In this document: in pieces, positions 30,571-41,675 of the stretch
Layout of the letters: every line of letters begins with the position of its first letter
Numbering within the stretch: position 1 is the first letter of the stretch
Sequence record: PP328843.1
Strand: one strand, 5' to 3'
Source of the DNA: Escherichia phage 215Ecol030PP
Length of the DNA stretch: 64,000 bases
Notes under the pieces: model-generated
Databases searched by the model: none
Seen by the model: only the letters and a program-made list of their open reading frames with translations
What the model was told of the DNA's origin: nothing
Program-made: the position numbers and the translations under genes

Positions 30571-30939
30571 TTAATTACCAATCGTATATTTAGGAACGAG
30601 TTTCCATTCATGTTTTTGTTTAAAAGAAATAACTCGGAAGTTATTAGTTAAATCTTTCATAAAAGTTCTTTGACCAGGAACGATTTCAATCAGTCCCCAA
30701 TCTTCTAATAGCCATGCAATCGAATCACGACGAACTTCATCTTCTTCTGTCATTTCAACCTGGCGACCATCCATACGAAGCATTTCTTTAAAATGAACGA
30801 TATAGTATAGTCCTTTTTTCTGAAGAATATGACAGGACTGATACAGAACTTTATCTTTATTATTAGCAATTCCCATACGAGTCAAAGTTTCTTTTACTTT
30901 CAGAAAATCTTCAGGTTTTTTAAGAGTAATTTCAATCAT
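30571..30939 (-). CDS. regA: RegA translational repressor of early genes, 122 aa
   Basis: Size and position (between 43 and 62) match T4 regA; ATG at 30937-30939. Confidence 0.88.
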   Translation of the reverse strand: MIEITLKKPEDFLKVKETLTRMGIANNKDKVLYQSCHILQKKGLYYIVHFKEMLRMDGRQVEMTEEDEVRRDSIAWLLEDWGLIEIVPGQRTFMKDLTNNFRVISFKQKHEWKLVPKYTIGN

Positions 30940-30940
30940 T

Positions 30941-31504
30941 TTACCATTCCAATGCTAGTTTTTTGAGTTGTTTCTGTTCTTTTACGTTCTTAGTCACTTC
31001 TTTCAAAAAATCATCCGTGACTAATCCTTTTAGTTCTTTTAATACTAAAGGTAGTTTTCCGTTTTTAGTAAGAATTGATTTATAGTTAATTGCATCATTT
31101 GTATTAACTTGATACCGCTTAGAAAGTAACTTAATAATCAATACTTCGGTGGAATCTTCAACCAGTTTTGCCCATTTACCATATCTTTTACCACGAGGAA
31201 CTGCAGCCATTAGATAATTAAAATGAGCTTCATCACTTAAGCCTGATCCAATTAAATTCATAGCATATACAGCTGGCATGCATTCAGGAAATTGTGATAA
31301 TGCATTTTCGACCATGTATTTTGAATAATCTTTTTGAGCAATAGAGCATTTAGTTTTATTATTAATAGCTCCAATTATTTCAAAAAACTCATTTTCAGCT
31401 TTTTCTTTAAAAGAATCAGCAGCGGATTGGACAGCTGTCCAATCTTTAGAATACCAAGCAACTTGATGCTCGTTTAATTGAATATCATCTTCAAATAAGC
31501 TCAT
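30941..31504 (-). CDS. 62: clamp loader small subunit gp62, 187 aa
   Basis: ATG at 31502-31504 ([13 protein letters not shown]...); track ORF extends upstream from a non-initiating codon. Confidence 0.9.
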   Translation of the reverse strand: MSLFEDDIQLNEHQVAWYSKDWTAVQSAADSFKEKAENEFFEIIGAINNKTKCSIAQKDYSKYMVENALSQFPECMPAVYAMNLIGSGLSDEAHFNYLMAAVPRGKRYGKWAKLVEDSTEVLIIKLLSKRYQVNTNDAINYKSILTKNGKLPLVLKELKGLVTDDFLKEVTKNVKEQKQLKKLALEW

Positions 31505-31505
31505 A

Positions 31506-32465
31506 TCACTTCCACTGCATTTCACATGCTAACTGAATGAAAAGATAAGCTAGATGCAATTCAGTATTAGCTGCAATACCATGATACTGATTATTTTCGC
31601 CGACAATTTCGTACATACGAATAATGCTCTGTGGAGTTACACGTGAATAGATTTCTTCGGCAAGTTTACCCACGAACCACGAATAATCTGCTGCATATTT
31701 TGGTGCTAAAGCTCTGAGTTGTTTAACATCTTTATTTTTGAGAGACTCAAGAACATCATCAATAGCACCACGATCGTTAGTAACCAGTGATAAAATACCA
31801 GCATCCAAAACACCTTTAGATGAATAACTATCGAGCTCGCCAATAGTTTTACGAAAATCAGGAAAATTCTTTTTAACCAAAGCTGCTACAACTTTCATAT
31901 CAGCTATAGCAATTCCTTCATGCTTACAGATTTCAGTCAATCGACGAATCATCTGCTTCATCATTTCAATTTTATCTTCATCGGTCGGTTGACCGAATGT
32001 AATAACTCGGCAGCGTGACTGAAGCGGTTTAATAATACCATCAATATTGTTAGCAGTAATAATAATACTACAGTTTGAACTATAAGCTTCCATAAAGGAA
32101 CGAAGATGTCGCTGAGACTCTGCTAGCCCTGAACGGTCAAATTCATCAATAACGATTACTTTTTGACGACCATCAAATGAAGCTGCACTGGCAAAATTAG
32201 TCAAAGGACCGCGAACGAAATCAATTTTACAATCTGATCCATTCACAAACATCATATCAGCATTTACATCATGACACAATGCTTTTGCTACAGTTGTTTT
32301 ACCTGTTCCTGGAGAAGGAGAATGAAGAATAATATGTGGAATCTTACCTTTACTTGTAATAGATTTAAAGGTTTCTTTATCAAAGGCGGGAAGAATACAT
32401 TCATCGATAGTAGATGGACGATATTTCTGTTCAAGAATGTGTTCTTTTTCATTTACGGTAATCAT
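31506..32465 (-). CDS. 44: clamp loader ATPase subunit gp44 (AAA+), 319 aa
   Basis: Walker [11 protein letters not shown], Walker [12 protein letters not shown] motif; ATG at 32463-32465 with GAGGAAA SD. Confidence 0.95.
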
Positions 32466-32490
32466 AATTTCCTCATTCAAGTTTTAGTGT

Positions 32491-32512
32491 AAATTATAAA
32501 GGGCCGAAGCCC
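32491..32512 (-). terminator. hairpin GGGC-UUCG-GCCC plus U-rich tract downstream of gene 45
   Basis: Plus strand gggccgaagccc at 32501-32512. Confidence 0.45.
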
Positions 32513-32516
32513 TCTA

Positions 32517-33203
32517 TTAAAAATCGTGGGTAGAATCAGCTTCAAGAGCTACTACATAATTCGCGTGTTCACCTTCAAATTTAGCAGCGCCTTGTTTACC
32601 TTTTGCCCAGAGCAGAAGTTTATAATTTCCTGGTTGCATTTTCATATTTGCCATATTGATAATGAAATTAAATGTATTTTCACCATCATAATCACCAAGA
32701 GTCAAAGAATATTTAACACGGGTCAGAGCAGAATCTTCTACTTTATTAAAACCGTTAATTACGATTTTACCTTCTTTTACCGTGATAGCAATTGTATCAA
32801 TTTGCAGACCACGAGATACACGCAACAGTTGTTGAAGGTCTTCAGCTTTAATTTCAGTAACAACAGATGCTATCGGGAATGGAATTGGTTTATTAGGAGC
32901 AACTACTGTACTCGGATCGGCTGCTGGCCAAAAAATTGTTGAGCGAGCATCAGCAATTTTAATATTACCATCTTCTGACTGGGAAATTTCTGCATCATCA
33001 TTAACTAAAGACAGAATACCGAGAAAACCGTTCAAATCGTAAATCGCTACATCAAAATCAATAACGTCAGAAATATTTGCTTCCGCATAAGTTGTACCAT
33101 TAACTGCGCGAGTCATAATAAATTGACCGGATTTAAGCATAATACCGGAGTTAATAGTAGCGAAATTTTTCAAAATATTCAGTGTATCTTTAGACAGTTT
33201 CAT
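32517..33203 (-). CDS. 45: sliding clamp gp45, 228 aa
   Basis: Size, position and sequence match T4 gp45; ATG at 33201-33203. Confidence 0.95.
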   Translation of the reverse strand: MKLSKDTLNILKNFATINSGIMLKSGQFIMTRAVNGTTYAEANISDVIDFDVAIYDLNGFLGILSLVNDDAEISQSEDGNIKIADARSTIFWPAADPSTVVAPNKPIPFPIASVVTEIKAEDLQQLLRVSRGLQIDTIAITVKEGKIVINGFNKVEDSALTRVKYSLTLGDYDGENTFNFIINMANMKMQPGNYKLLLWAKGKQGAAKFEGEHANYVVALEADSTHDF

Positions 33204-33258
33204 GTAATTTCCTTCAATTCAAATGAGATTTAATTTTATAACTAATTTAATAAAGCAA

Positions 33259-33648
33259 TTAACGATTAAAATCAGCCGCAATTGTTTCCGCAACAATTTG
33301 TGCAGCAACAATTAGACGTTCATCTGCATTACCGCAATAATCATCTTCAAGGCGTTCACCACATGAAGTCATAATAAATTTAGCACCGGCGTTTAGGGAT
33401 TCTGCAGTATGTTTGCGCATTAGTTCAATCCATTTATTACTTACTTCACGATCGATAGCTTCATAATACGCATGACGAGCAGGTGCAGATTTAATTTTGT
33501 TCTGAATAACTTCCATTGCGTTATCAGAAAGAGACAAAACCCATGCTCGACGAATTTTATTTTGGTTTTGTGGATTTGATTCAGAACGCACGTGTTTTGG
33601 CTGAATATCTTTTACGTCAACAGTATAATTCACAGTAATTTTAGTCAT
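33259..33648 (-). CDS. rpbA: RNA polymerase-binding protein RpbA, 129 aa
   Basis: Size and position after gene 45 match T4 rpbA. Confidence 0.8.
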   Translation of the reverse strand: MTKITVNYTVDVKDIQPKHVRSESNPQNQNKIRRAWVLSLSDNAMEVIQNKIKSAPARHAYYEAIDREVSNKWIELMRKHTAESLNAGAKFIMTSCGERLEDDYCGNADERLIVAAQIVAETIAADFNR

Positions 33649-33657
33649 AATACACCT

Positions 33658-33846
33658 TTAGTCATAATAATCAGTAACAGTCCAAGCTTCATTTCTATTG
33701 GACATTATTTTTGTATATTCTGCTTTAAATGCATTCTTAAGCATAAATTCAGTAACTATATGCTCTTCATTAGAAAAATTATTTCTCAGAATATATCGTT
33801 TTATTTCAGGAATAGTTAATAGATGCTGTCCAGTTGAATATTCCAT
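33658..33846 (-). CDS. hypothetical protein, 62 aa
   Basis: ORF in gene train. Confidence 0.5.
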   Translation of the reverse strand: MEYSTGQHLLTIPEIKRYILRNNFSNEEHIVTEFMLKNAFKAEYTKIMSNRNEAWTVTDYYD

Positions 33847-33901
33847 GTTTTTCCTCCATAGAGATTATACTCTAATAAATTAAAGCATAATCTCTTATAA
33901 A

Positions 33902-35584
33902 TTAAACCATTACAGTAAATCGACCAACTTTCTTCATTTGAAGATGCTGACCATATTCTTGTGGGTCATGGTCTTTATGCGAAATTATAAAAACGTTAGT
34001 GTTTTTCATTGAATTTATAATATTAGCTACACCTTTAATACCTTCGGCATCAAATGACCCATCAAACACTTCATCAAGAATTAATGTACTAATACTAACA
34101 CCAGATACGATAGAAGCAATATCACGCCAAGTAAATAAAAGAGCAATATCAATTCTTGCTTTTTCACCTTCACTAAATGAAGCATAACTAAAATCTTCAC
34201 GACCACGGGATTTAATTGTCTCATTAAATTCTTCATCTAATGTAAACACATAATCCGCTTCCATTATTTTAAGATAATGGTTAATCTGCTTATTAAATAA
34301 TGGAATGTACTTTTTAATAATAGCACCTTTAATACCAGAATCTTTGAGCATATCAGTCAAAATTCCTCGGTGGTATTTTTCCATTACTAAATTAGTTTTT
34401 GTCTTAACAATTTTATCAAGTTCTTCTTGAAGCAGTGCTATTTCATCAGCATGGTCAATAAACTCAGAAGATGCTTTTTCTATAGCCGCTTTAACCTTTT
34501 TGGCTTTATCTACCGTCGTGATTAGAGATTGCTTTTTATTGCGAATATCATTTGCCAACGACTGTTGGGTTTTAATATTATCTCGGTATTCATCAACAAG
34601 AACTTTTAAATTATCACGGTGTGTTGAAAGCTGTTCAAACGAATGCGTGCATTCAGAAACTTTATCTTTAATTTTAGAAACAACTTTATCACCGGAACTT
34701 AATTGTGACAAACAGGTTGGACATAATCCACCTTCGTGATACATATTAATGACTTTATTATACGAGTCAATTTTTGATTTAATTAAAAATGCTTCTTGGC
34801 CGATTTTATTAAATGCATCAGTCGGGTCTTCATCCAAAACAATATTAACTAATCTTTCATTAGCTTCTTCTATTTCCGATTTTAGCGTTCTAGCTTCTTT
34901 TGCCAAATCATCATACATATTTTGAAGACGAGTAAGGTTGTCACCCGTTAATTTTTTCTGGCGTTCAACGTTATCATTATATATTTTAATTTGTTGGATA
35001 ATACTATCTTTTTTAACATCAAGCACTTGGTTCTGCGAATTTAATTCGCGTATTAGTGCTTTATTAAGCTTATCCATTTCAGCTAATGTTCCTACCTCAA
35101 GCAGGTCTTCCACAAGCTTTCTTCGCGCAGGGGTCGACAAACCCATGAAAGGGGTATACCCTGCTGTACCAAGGACAACAATCTGCTTGAAACTGGCATA
35201 TGACATTCCGATAAGCTGTTCAAATTCTGCTTGGAAATCTTTACTGCTGGCAGATTCATTAAGACGTGTACCGTTAACGGTGATTTCGAAAACGTTTGGT
35301 TTTTGTCCTCTTTTGATATAATACTTTTTCTCATCATATTCCATCCACAGTTCAACTAAAAGTTCTTTCTTATTTGTGCTGTTTATTAATTGGCCTTTCT
35401 TTACATCACGAAATGGCTTGCCAAAAAGCCCAAATGTGATGGCTTCTAGCATAGTAGACTTACCACCGCCATTTCGTCCAGTAATAAGAGTTTTTTGAAC
35501 CTTATCTAATTGAATGTCAATCCCATTTTGACCAACTGACATTATATTTTTATATTTTACTCTATTAAGTTTAAAATTCTTCAC
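33902..35584 (-). CDS. 46: recombination endonuclease subunit gp46 (SbcC/Rad50-like ABC ATPase), 560 aa
   Basis: Walker A GRNGGGKST, coiled-coil middle, CPTC zinc hook, C-terminal signature/Walker B; apparent GTG start. Confidence 0.95.
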   Translation of the reverse strand: MKNFKLNRVKYKNIMSVGQNGIDIQLDKVQKTLITGRNGGGKSTMLEAITFGLFGKPFRDVKKGQLINSTNKKELLVELWMEYDEKKYYIKRGQKPNVFEITVNGTRLNESASSKDFQAEFEQLIGMSYASFKQIVVLGTAGYTPFMGLSTPARRKLVEDLLEVGTLAEMDKLNKALIRELNSQNQVLDVKKDSIIQQIKIYNDNVERQKKLTGDNLTRLQNMYDDLAKEARTLKSEIEEANERLVNIVLDEDPTDAFNKIGQEAFLIKSKIDSYNKVINMYHEGGLCPTCLSQLSSGDKVVSKIKDKVSECTHSFEQLSTHRDNLKVLVDEYRDNIKTQQSLANDIRNKKQSLITTVDKAKKVKAAIEKASSEFIDHADEIALLQEELDKIVKTKTNLVMEKYHRGILTDMLKDSGIKGAIIKKYIPLFNKQINHYLKIMEADYVFTLDEEFNETIKSRGREDFSYASFSEGEKARIDIALLFTWRDIASIVSGVSISTLILDEVFDGSFDAEGIKGVANIINSMKNTNVFIISHKDHDPQEYGQHLQMKKVGRFTVMV

Positions 35585-35844
35585 AAAAGATTCCTTTTAA
35601 TGTATCTTTTAGACCATTCTATCATATCATCATAATCTAAAAAGTATTCATCAAATTCAGCCATGCAAACAACACCTTGTGCTGCTTTTGATGTGATATA
35701 AATTATTCCAACATATCTAGAATCTTCTTCGGTATAATCAATGTTTGCTATGAATTCATCATTAATGTCAAATGTCGAAAACTTCACAGTATGCATCCTT
35801 AATACAAGATACGGCCATATCTCGCAATGATTTAGGTGTGTCAT
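35581..35844 (-). CDS. hypothetical protein, 87 aa (start uncertain)
   Basis: ORF in gene train; overlaps upstream ORF. Confidence 0.5.
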   Translation of the reverse strand: MTHLNHCEIWPYLVLRMHTVKFSTFDINDEFIANIDYTEEDSRYVGIIYITSKAAQGVVCMAEFDEYFLDYDDMIEWSKRYIKRNLL

Positions 35845-36031
35845 TATCTAAAATGTTGAAGTTAAAAGATACAGCCCAGTCAGTGCAGACCGTGACCTTT
35901 TTAATACAATTATCTTCAACCTCTAGCGGTTCAAACCAATATTCAATAATTTCTTTATGCCCAATATCATCTTTTACTTCGCATTCAAAATGCTGACTCA
36001 TCATAACATTTTTAAATTCATCAAAAGTCAT
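35768..36031 (-). CDS. hypothetical protein, 87 aa
   Basis: ORF in gene train. Confidence 0.5.
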   Translation of the reverse strand: MTFDEFKNVMMSQHFECEVKDDIGHKEIIEYWFEPLEVEDNCIKKVTVCTDWAVSFNFNILDNDTPKSLRDMAVSCIKDAYCEVFDI

Positions 36032-37047
36032 TGTGTTGCCTCTACATATAGCTGATTTGCATATTGAATAAGTGCTTCGCGATCAGAATCAGTGATGTCT
36101 GGAATTGCATTAATATACTCTTCCATTAATGTCTGAAGCGATTGAACTTCAACTTCTTCACTGTCATCTGACTCGACAGAGTTATCAATCTTTGACACAA
36201 CTCGTAATGAATGCACAACTTTTTCTAGTTCAGATTCGAACTTCGTTAGATTTTTGTCTACTTCAGTTACTATAACACGTACTGATAGATTTGTAAAATC
36301 TTTATAGTCAATTTTTCCTTTAAATGGATAATGAATTCTACGATGCCAAGTAGTGTTGTTTGGAATAAATTCCATTCGTTCTGTTTCTGTATCAAACATC
36401 CAGAACCCACGAGGGTCATTCTCGTCACCTGCAGTTAGTGTCCATGGTGTCCCAATATATCTGACGTTAGCAGCCTCAGAGATAGTATGGAAGTGACCAG
36501 ACCACACTTCTTTATAAGTCTTAAGGAAATCAGGTTCAAGACCGTGAGATTTCATTCCTTTATAAAAATAAAATCCATTCAGTTCCCAGTGACCAACACA
36601 AAAAGAAGCAGATGAAGTTTTGATATGCTCAAGAATTTCACCAGTATTTTCTTCACACATCCAAGGAATTAAATCAATTAAACATCCGTCAAAATCTACT
36701 GTAGTAGGCTTATCATATACTTTAACATTAGGATATTTAGCCAAAAGCTCAGTAGAGGCATTTGGAGTTAAAGTATTTTTAAAGTGCATATCATGGTTTC
36801 CTACAACAGTATGTAGGGTAATACCAGCATCATCAAGCATTTGAACTATTTCACGAGCGAACTCCATAGTTTTATGCGTGATTGCTTTTCGCACATCAAA
36901 AATATCACCATATTGAATCCATACAGTAATTCCATTTTTCTTAGAATATTCTATCGCTTGCTTAATTCCATCAATTTGAATACCGCGAATCCACTCATCA
37001 TCAGCTTTAACGCCTAAATGCCAATCACCTAAATTTAAAATTTTCAT
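36028..37047 (-). CDS. 47: recombination endonuclease subunit gp47 (SbcD/Mre11-like phosphoesterase), 339 aa
   Basis: Calcineurin-like phosphoesterase motifs (DWHLG, GNHD, GHxH); ATG at 37045-37047. Confidence 0.95.
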   Translation of the reverse strand: MKILNLGDWHLGVKADDEWIRGIQIDGIKQAIEYSKKNGITVWIQYGDIFDVRKAITHKTMEFAREIVQMLDDAGITLHTVVGNHDMHFKNTLTPNASTELLAKYPNVKVYDKPTTVDFDGCLIDLIPWMCEENTGEILEHIKTSSASFCVGHWELNGFYFYKGMKSHGLEPDFLKTYKEVWSGHFHTISEAANVRYIGTPWTLTAGDENDPRGFWMFDTETERMEFIPNNTTWHRRIHYPFKGKIDYKDFTNLSVRVIVTEVDKNLTKFESELEKVVHSLRVVSKIDNSVESDDSEEVEVQSLQTLMEEYINAIPDITDSDREALIQYANQLYVEATQ

Positions 37048-37184
37048 ATATCAAGAACCGTCATTGAAATGCAAAATAAAATTATTGAAATAAATTCATC
37101 TGGAGTACTAAAGAACCCAATCCAACACGCTCTGGTGAATAGATAAAATGCAAGAAAAAGTATCACATATCCAAGAAATATCAT
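37044..37184 (-). CDS. small hydrophobic peptide, 46 aa, translationally coupled to gene 47 (not in ORF track)
   Basis: Own translation MIFLGYVILFLAFYLFTRACWIGFFSTPDEFISIILFCISMTVLDI; stop overlaps gene 47 ATG (ATGA). Confidence 0.4.
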   Translation of the reverse strand: MIFLGYVILFLAFYLFTRACWIGFFSTPDEFISIILFCISMTVLDI

Positions 37185-37223
37185 TATATCAAACTCCGCA
37201 TAAAGCTAAAGGGCCGAAGCCCT

Positions 37224-38426
37224 TTATTTTGTAATAATGTCAAACTGTTCTTTAAAGCAGAAGCTTGAATCTTGATGCTGATACAAAAATTCATATGCTT
37301 TTTCTCGCTCACGGTCATAAAGAGCTCGGTCAGATGACAGTTCTTTAATACGCTCGAATGTTGATTCCATGTCATTTTCATCAAACCAAACGATACCGCT
37401 ATCATGAGAAATTAATGGAGTGTTATCAACACGGAATTTTAAATTTTCGCCTGTAGATTTCCAAAATACCGGAATTGTTCCACATGCACCAAGCTCGAGA
37501 TGAGTATATTCTAAAGAACGTTGTAGATATTTTTTATCTAATTTACTCAGCTGATAACCAAATCCGGATTTACTCATGCGTTCAAGCATTTCGCTATTTA
37601 CATAACGATCGAGAATTTGCGTTGGCAAATTAGGAGCAATTTTAATTTGGTCTACTTGATGAAGACGATAATACTCGTATGGAATTCCTTTTTCTTTAAT
37701 AGGAATGAACGCTGGAGAACGTTCCAGACCTTCCATAATAGTACTCAATCCCGCAGGTTTAAGATGTTTTTCATGAAAATCAAACATCTGATAAAAGCCT
37801 TTCCATGTAGTAGTACGACCAATCCAACGGTTGATATTCATGTTAATTTCAGAAACATCTTTCCAGTAGGTTGATCGAACCTTCGCAATATCCATAGGAG
37901 GCTGAAAGTTATATACGGTCGGTGCTTCTTCAATATCATCAAACAAAGAAACAGTTTCCGGATACCATTCTTTCATTAAAACTTTATTAAAATCACCATT
38001 ATCAGAATGGCTAAAAATAACATCAGCTCGACGAACAGTTTCTTCTAATCCCAAATTTCGACGCAAAGAAAGAGAAGAATGGTCATGCTGATAAACTACA
38101 ACACGAACCGAAGGTTTAATGTTATCAATAATTTTTTTATAGTTATTAATAGTGTCTTCTTCGACTGAAGTAGCAGGAACTGAATTGATAACTAGAATAT
38201 CACAATCATTTACCAGCTTAAGTGTTTTATCGTATTCTTTTGCCAATAAAACCGGAATTGAAAATGATTTATAATCATGCGCGCAATTACGGGTAAATGA
38301 TTTATCTTTAGCATAAACCAAAGTTACTTCATGACCATTTTTAATAAACCAATCACGCTGCTCGAGTGAGAATTTTGTTACACCACAACCTTCAAGACCC
38401 CGAGCCATAAAAATGCAAATACGCAT
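37224..38426 (-). CDS. agt: DNA alpha-glucosyltransferase, 400 aa
   Basis: ATG at 38424-38426 with AAGAGGAAA SD (track start is an upstream TTG); size and N-terminus MRICIFMARGLEGCGVTKF match T4 alpha-gt. Confidence 0.88.
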   Translation of the reverse strand: MRICIFMARGLEGCGVTKFSLEQRDWFIKNGHEVTLVYAKDKSFTRNCAHDYKSFSIPVLLAKEYDKTLKLVNDCDILVINSVPATSVEEDTINNYKKIIDNIKPSVRVVVYQHDHSSLSLRRNLGLEETVRRADVIFSHSDNGDFNKVLMKEWYPETVSLFDDIEEAPTVYNFQPPMDIAKVRSTYWKDVSEINMNINRWIGRTTTWKGFYQMFDFHEKHLKPAGLSTIMEGLERSPAFIPIKEKGIPYEYYRLHQVDQIKIAPNLPTQILDRYVNSEMLERMSKSGFGYQLSKLDKKYLQRSLEYTHLELGACGTIPVFWKSTGENLKFRVDNTPLISHDSGIVWFDENDMESTFERIKELSSDRALYDREREKAYEFLYQHQDSSFCFKEQFDIITK

Positions 38427-38484
38427 AGTTTTCCTCTTTTCATTCAATAAATCATGTAAATAATATTTTATTTTCTATAAAACG

Positions 38485-39279
38485 CTACGAATAGGCCCAA
38501 ACATATCCATAAGCAATTTTGCTTTTTCCAGATATGCACTTTTTAATATTAGACATGCATCCTTTAACGGATACAGCTGCGTCTTTAATTTTAGGAAATA
38601 CTCGTAATAATTTTCCAGTAGTATCATATTGAAATACTGGCACATTTCTTTTCTGAGTTATCCCACGTTTAGATTTAGACATTTTTTGTTTAGTTGCATT
38701 AGACATCCTAGAGGGCTTTCCTATGTTATCAGAATAATAATATTTCCATTGAAATCCTCCAGCGGTTTTCCTTTTCCCATCTACACATTGTTTAATTGAA
38801 CTTGAACAGCTATATGACATATCTTCTGCAGCATCTGTAATACATCTATATTTGCGAATAAAATTTCCATTTAAATCATATTGATAAATTGGTTTTCCAG
38901 CATTTCGTCTAGCGTTAGACATGTATTTTTTATTATCATCATCTTTCCAGAACTCTTTCATGCCTTCCGATATTGAGGAAGATACGGCTGTTTTAATCCA
39001 TCCATACATTTTATTATTTAGTCTTGTTCCGTCAGAACTATAACACATCATACGAATAGCTAAAGCCAATTTAGGAAGTCTATAAATTTTAAATAATAAT
39101 AAATGCGCGGTAAAATGTTCTTCTGGTGTCAAAAGAACTAAATTAGTTTTATCATCTGTACCACCCATACATCTAGGAATTATATGATGAGTTTCAGTAT
39201 AGTATGTCAAAAGACTTTTATCATTGCCTCTGTTTAGTCCTTTTTCGATCAGTAAATTATATATGTTTAAATAATTCAT
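38485..39279 (-). CDS. mobB: MobB-like HNH homing endonuclease, 264 aa
   Basis: HNH motif THHIIPRCMGGTDDKTNLVLLTPEEHFTAH; N-terminus MNYLNIYN; free-standing next to agt. Confidence 0.78.
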   Translation of the reverse strand: MNYLNIYNLLIEKGLNRGNDKSLLTYYTETHHIIPRCMGGTDDKTNLVLLTPEEHFTAHLLLFKIYRLPKLALAIRMMCYSSDGTRLNNKMYGWIKTAVSSSISEGMKEFWKDDDNKKYMSNARRNAGKPIYQYDLNGNFIRKYRCITDAAEDMSYSCSSSIKQCVDGKRKTAGGFQWKYYYSDNIGKPSRMSNATKQKMSKSKRGITQKRNVPVFQYDTTGKLLRVFPKIKDAAVSVKGCMSNIKKCISGKSKIAYGYVWAYS

Positions 39280-39328
39280 TTTAATTATTTTACCAAAAAT
39301 TTATAAAGCAATATAGGAGCCGAAGCTC

Positions 39329-39499
39329 CTATCCACATAATACGCCATATAGAGGCTCATTTGAACTTTTAAATCGAATGGGCTTGTACGTAATAGTTCC
39401 TTCGGCTTTAGCTTTATCATAAGACTCTTTAAAACGTCTCATTCTTTCTGCTTTGCCTTTACGGATTTTATCGAAATTTTCAGAAGTCTGGATGTTCAT
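39329..39499 (-). CDS. small basic hypothetical protein, 56 aa (not in ORF track)
   Basis: Own translation MNIQTSENFDKIRKGKAERMRRFKESYDKAKAEGTITYKPIRFKSSNEPLYGVLCG; UUCG hairpin (39316-39329) immediately after the stop. Confidence 0.4.
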   Translation of the reverse strand: MNIQTSENFDKIRKGKAERMRRFKESYDKAKAEGTITYKPIRFKSSNEPLYGVLCG

Positions 39500-39502
39500 C
39501 TT

Positions 39503-39709
39503 TCACAGTTGCCACCATTTTTTGACTTGATAAGAATCAACCCACACTTTCATATTAGGGTCTGCTCTTATAATAGGAGGATTAACTTCTTTAATTGAAC
39601 TATCATGGTATTCTTTTTCAGAAATTTTCACACAAAGATGACCGTTCAAAGATTCAGTAAATCCTGCATTAATTTTAAGACGCTTGAATTTTACGTGTGT
39701 AAGCATCAA
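39503..39709 (-). CDS. hypothetical protein, 68 aa
   Basis: ORF in gene train. Confidence 0.5.
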   Translation of the reverse strand: MMLTHVKFKRLKINAGFTESLNGHLCVKISEKEYHDSSIKEVNPPIIRADPNMKVWVDSYQVKKWWQL

Positions 39710-39992
39710 TCATATCCTCAATCTGTGATCTAGTAGTCTTCCAAAGAATACTAATGAGTTCATCGTTATATGGCTGTTTTAGAATATCCCGACTTTTCTT
39801 GATAGCATATTCGTATTGAGCAAAATTATTGTTTTCAGCTGCAATCTGAGCGTGCTTATAAAGACGATTCAGTTCGCGTTTGTTTTTAGACAATAACTTA
39901 TTTGCTTTTCTTTCTGCTTCAAGACGGTTCTTTTCTTCAATAGAAGAAATAAGCTTTTCCACTTCATCATTGATTTCGGGTTTATCAGTCAT
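39675..39992 (-). CDS. hypothetical protein, 105 aa
   Basis: ORF in gene train. Confidence 0.5.
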   Translation of the reverse strand: MTDKPEINDEVEKLISSIEEKNRLEAERKANKLLSKNKRELNRLYKHAQIAAENNNFAQYEYAIKKSRDILKQPYNDELISILWKTTRSQIEDMIDAYTRKIQAS

Positions 39993-39993
39993 A

Positions 39994-40212
39994 TTATTTC
40001 TCTAATATAAAATAAAAATCATCATCTGTTAAATGATACCGATAGTTTAATTCTACACCATTAGATTTAAAAGCGGTATCATATGGATTTTCTGGATCAA
40101 TATCAATGTCAAGAGCTAAAACTTCCCTGAGATACATTTTAAGTAAATAGGGAATAGCTTCAACTTCAGGTATTTCTTCCAAGAATCCGGAGAGGTTAAT
40201 CGTTAGCCTCAT
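39994..40212 (-). CDS. hypothetical protein, 72 aa
   Basis: ORF in gene train. Confidence 0.5.
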
Positions 40213-40753
40213 ATAAAAAATCCAAACTAGGAGAATCGTCTACAACACTTTTCTTTTCAGCCCCCGGTGTTCTATAGGTTGATTCTTCGTAATGCGTCAT
40301 TTTATCGTAGATGTCTTGAATAAAAGTTTCATCTACTAACGCAACCATATCGTCGTCACGGCTGTCATAGACATTGTGAACGAAGTAACTATATTTCTTT
40401 GCAACTTCCTTACGTTCTTTTTTAATACGTTGGACGAATGCATTAAAACAAGCTTGAGTTATATACGCATGTGGGTTTTTATATTTCGTTTCATCAAAAT
40501 TATGAAGCCCCTTAATAGAAGCTTCTATACCATCTGCAATCATTTCTTGTTTCCAAGACTGGGTGTATCCTGAAAAGTTGAAACGTTTAGATAAGCCTTC
40601 TGCAATAAGCATAATGGCTAATCCGATAGTATCATTCTGACGAACTACTTTATTTGGGTCTTTATTATTTGCTAATTCTGTTTTCCAATCAATAATAGCT
40701 TGTAAAAGCTCTTTATTGTTTACGTAATTATATTTAGGCTTAGTTTCTGACAT
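40196..40753 (-). CDS. 55: late-transcription sigma factor gp55, 185 aa
   Basis: ATG at 40751-40753 with AAGAGGUGA SD; sequence [24 protein letters not shown] recognised. Confidence 0.9.
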
Positions 40754-40831
40754 TTTCACCTCTTAGCTCAATTCATAGATCTATTATATCATAACATTTG
40801 AAGATCTATCTTAAAGCATAGAGGATATCAG

Positions 40832-41101
40832 TTATCTAAGTAAGCAGTATGCTTGGAATACTTTCTCCATCATCTTTTTAAATTCATGAATATCTATATA
40901 ATGACTAGTTAGATCAGCATGATATAAAAAGTCTAAAAACTTTTCATGTGTGCTAACATATTCGCTTTCATTTAATTCAGAAACATGGCTTTCCCAATAT
41001 CCAACACCAGTCTTATTTGGGAAAAATGAAATTTTCATGTATTGGTCAACATAGAAAATGCCATAATTTTCAATAGTAATAGAAATATTAATAAATTTCA
41101 T
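40832..41101 (-). CDS. hypothetical protein, 89 aa
   Basis: ORF in gene train. Confidence 0.5.
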   Translation of the reverse strand: MKFINISITIENYGIFYVDQYMKISFFPNKTGVGYWESHVSELNESEYVSTHEKFLDFLYHADLTSHYIDIHEFKKMMEKVFQAYCLLR

Positions 41102-41313
41102 ACATTCATCAACTTAGCCGCTTCAAGAGCTGCATCTAGTGAATCAAATTGGTCAACGTATTCAATCAATTCGCCATAATTGGCATATAACCACCATTGG
41201 CTAAATTCATACTCAAGGATGAATCCGTTTCCTTCAATTTGAGTTAAACCAATGCCATTTGTATTTACTTCATATCCAGCAAGACGCAAATCGTTAATAA
41301 GAGCTTCGTTCAT
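41098..41313 (-). CDS. hypothetical protein, 71 aa
   Basis: ORF in gene train. Confidence 0.5.
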   Translation of the reverse strand: MNEALINDLRLAGYEVNTNGIGLTQIEGNGFILEYEFSQWWLYANYGELIEYVDQFDSLDAALEAAKLMNV

Positions 41314-41315
41314 AA

Positions 41316-41642
41316 TTATGCCTTAGTAATTTTCAGGTCAGCAAATTTTTTCTTGCGTTGATTTTTCATGCGACGAATAGTTTTATCGGAAATTTCATGC
41401 TTTTGATAAGCTTTAGATTCTACACCAAAAGCTTTAACATCAAATTCTGACAAGATATATTGAACCAACAATTCACGGACAGTATTGCGTCCAATCTTCT
41501 GATCATTCTGTTTCATCGTCTGATGAAGCTCTTTTTCCCATTTATCCAAAATTTGAGGAGTTACAATATCGCCTTTTTCTAGCAAAGAAACTACTTTATC
41601 ATATGCGTAAGAATTAATGACGTTTTTAATTTGAATAGTCAT
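41316..41642 (-). CDS. hypothetical protein, 108 aa
   Basis: ORF in gene train. Confidence 0.5.
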   Translation of the reverse strand: MTIQIKNVINSYAYDKVVSLLEKGDIVTPQILDKWEKELHQTMKQNDQKIGRNTVRELLVQYILSEFDVKAFGVESKAYQKHEISDKTIRRMKNQRKKKFADLKITKA

Positions 41643-41675
41643 ACATTATCCTCAATTACGTTAAAATTTTATTAT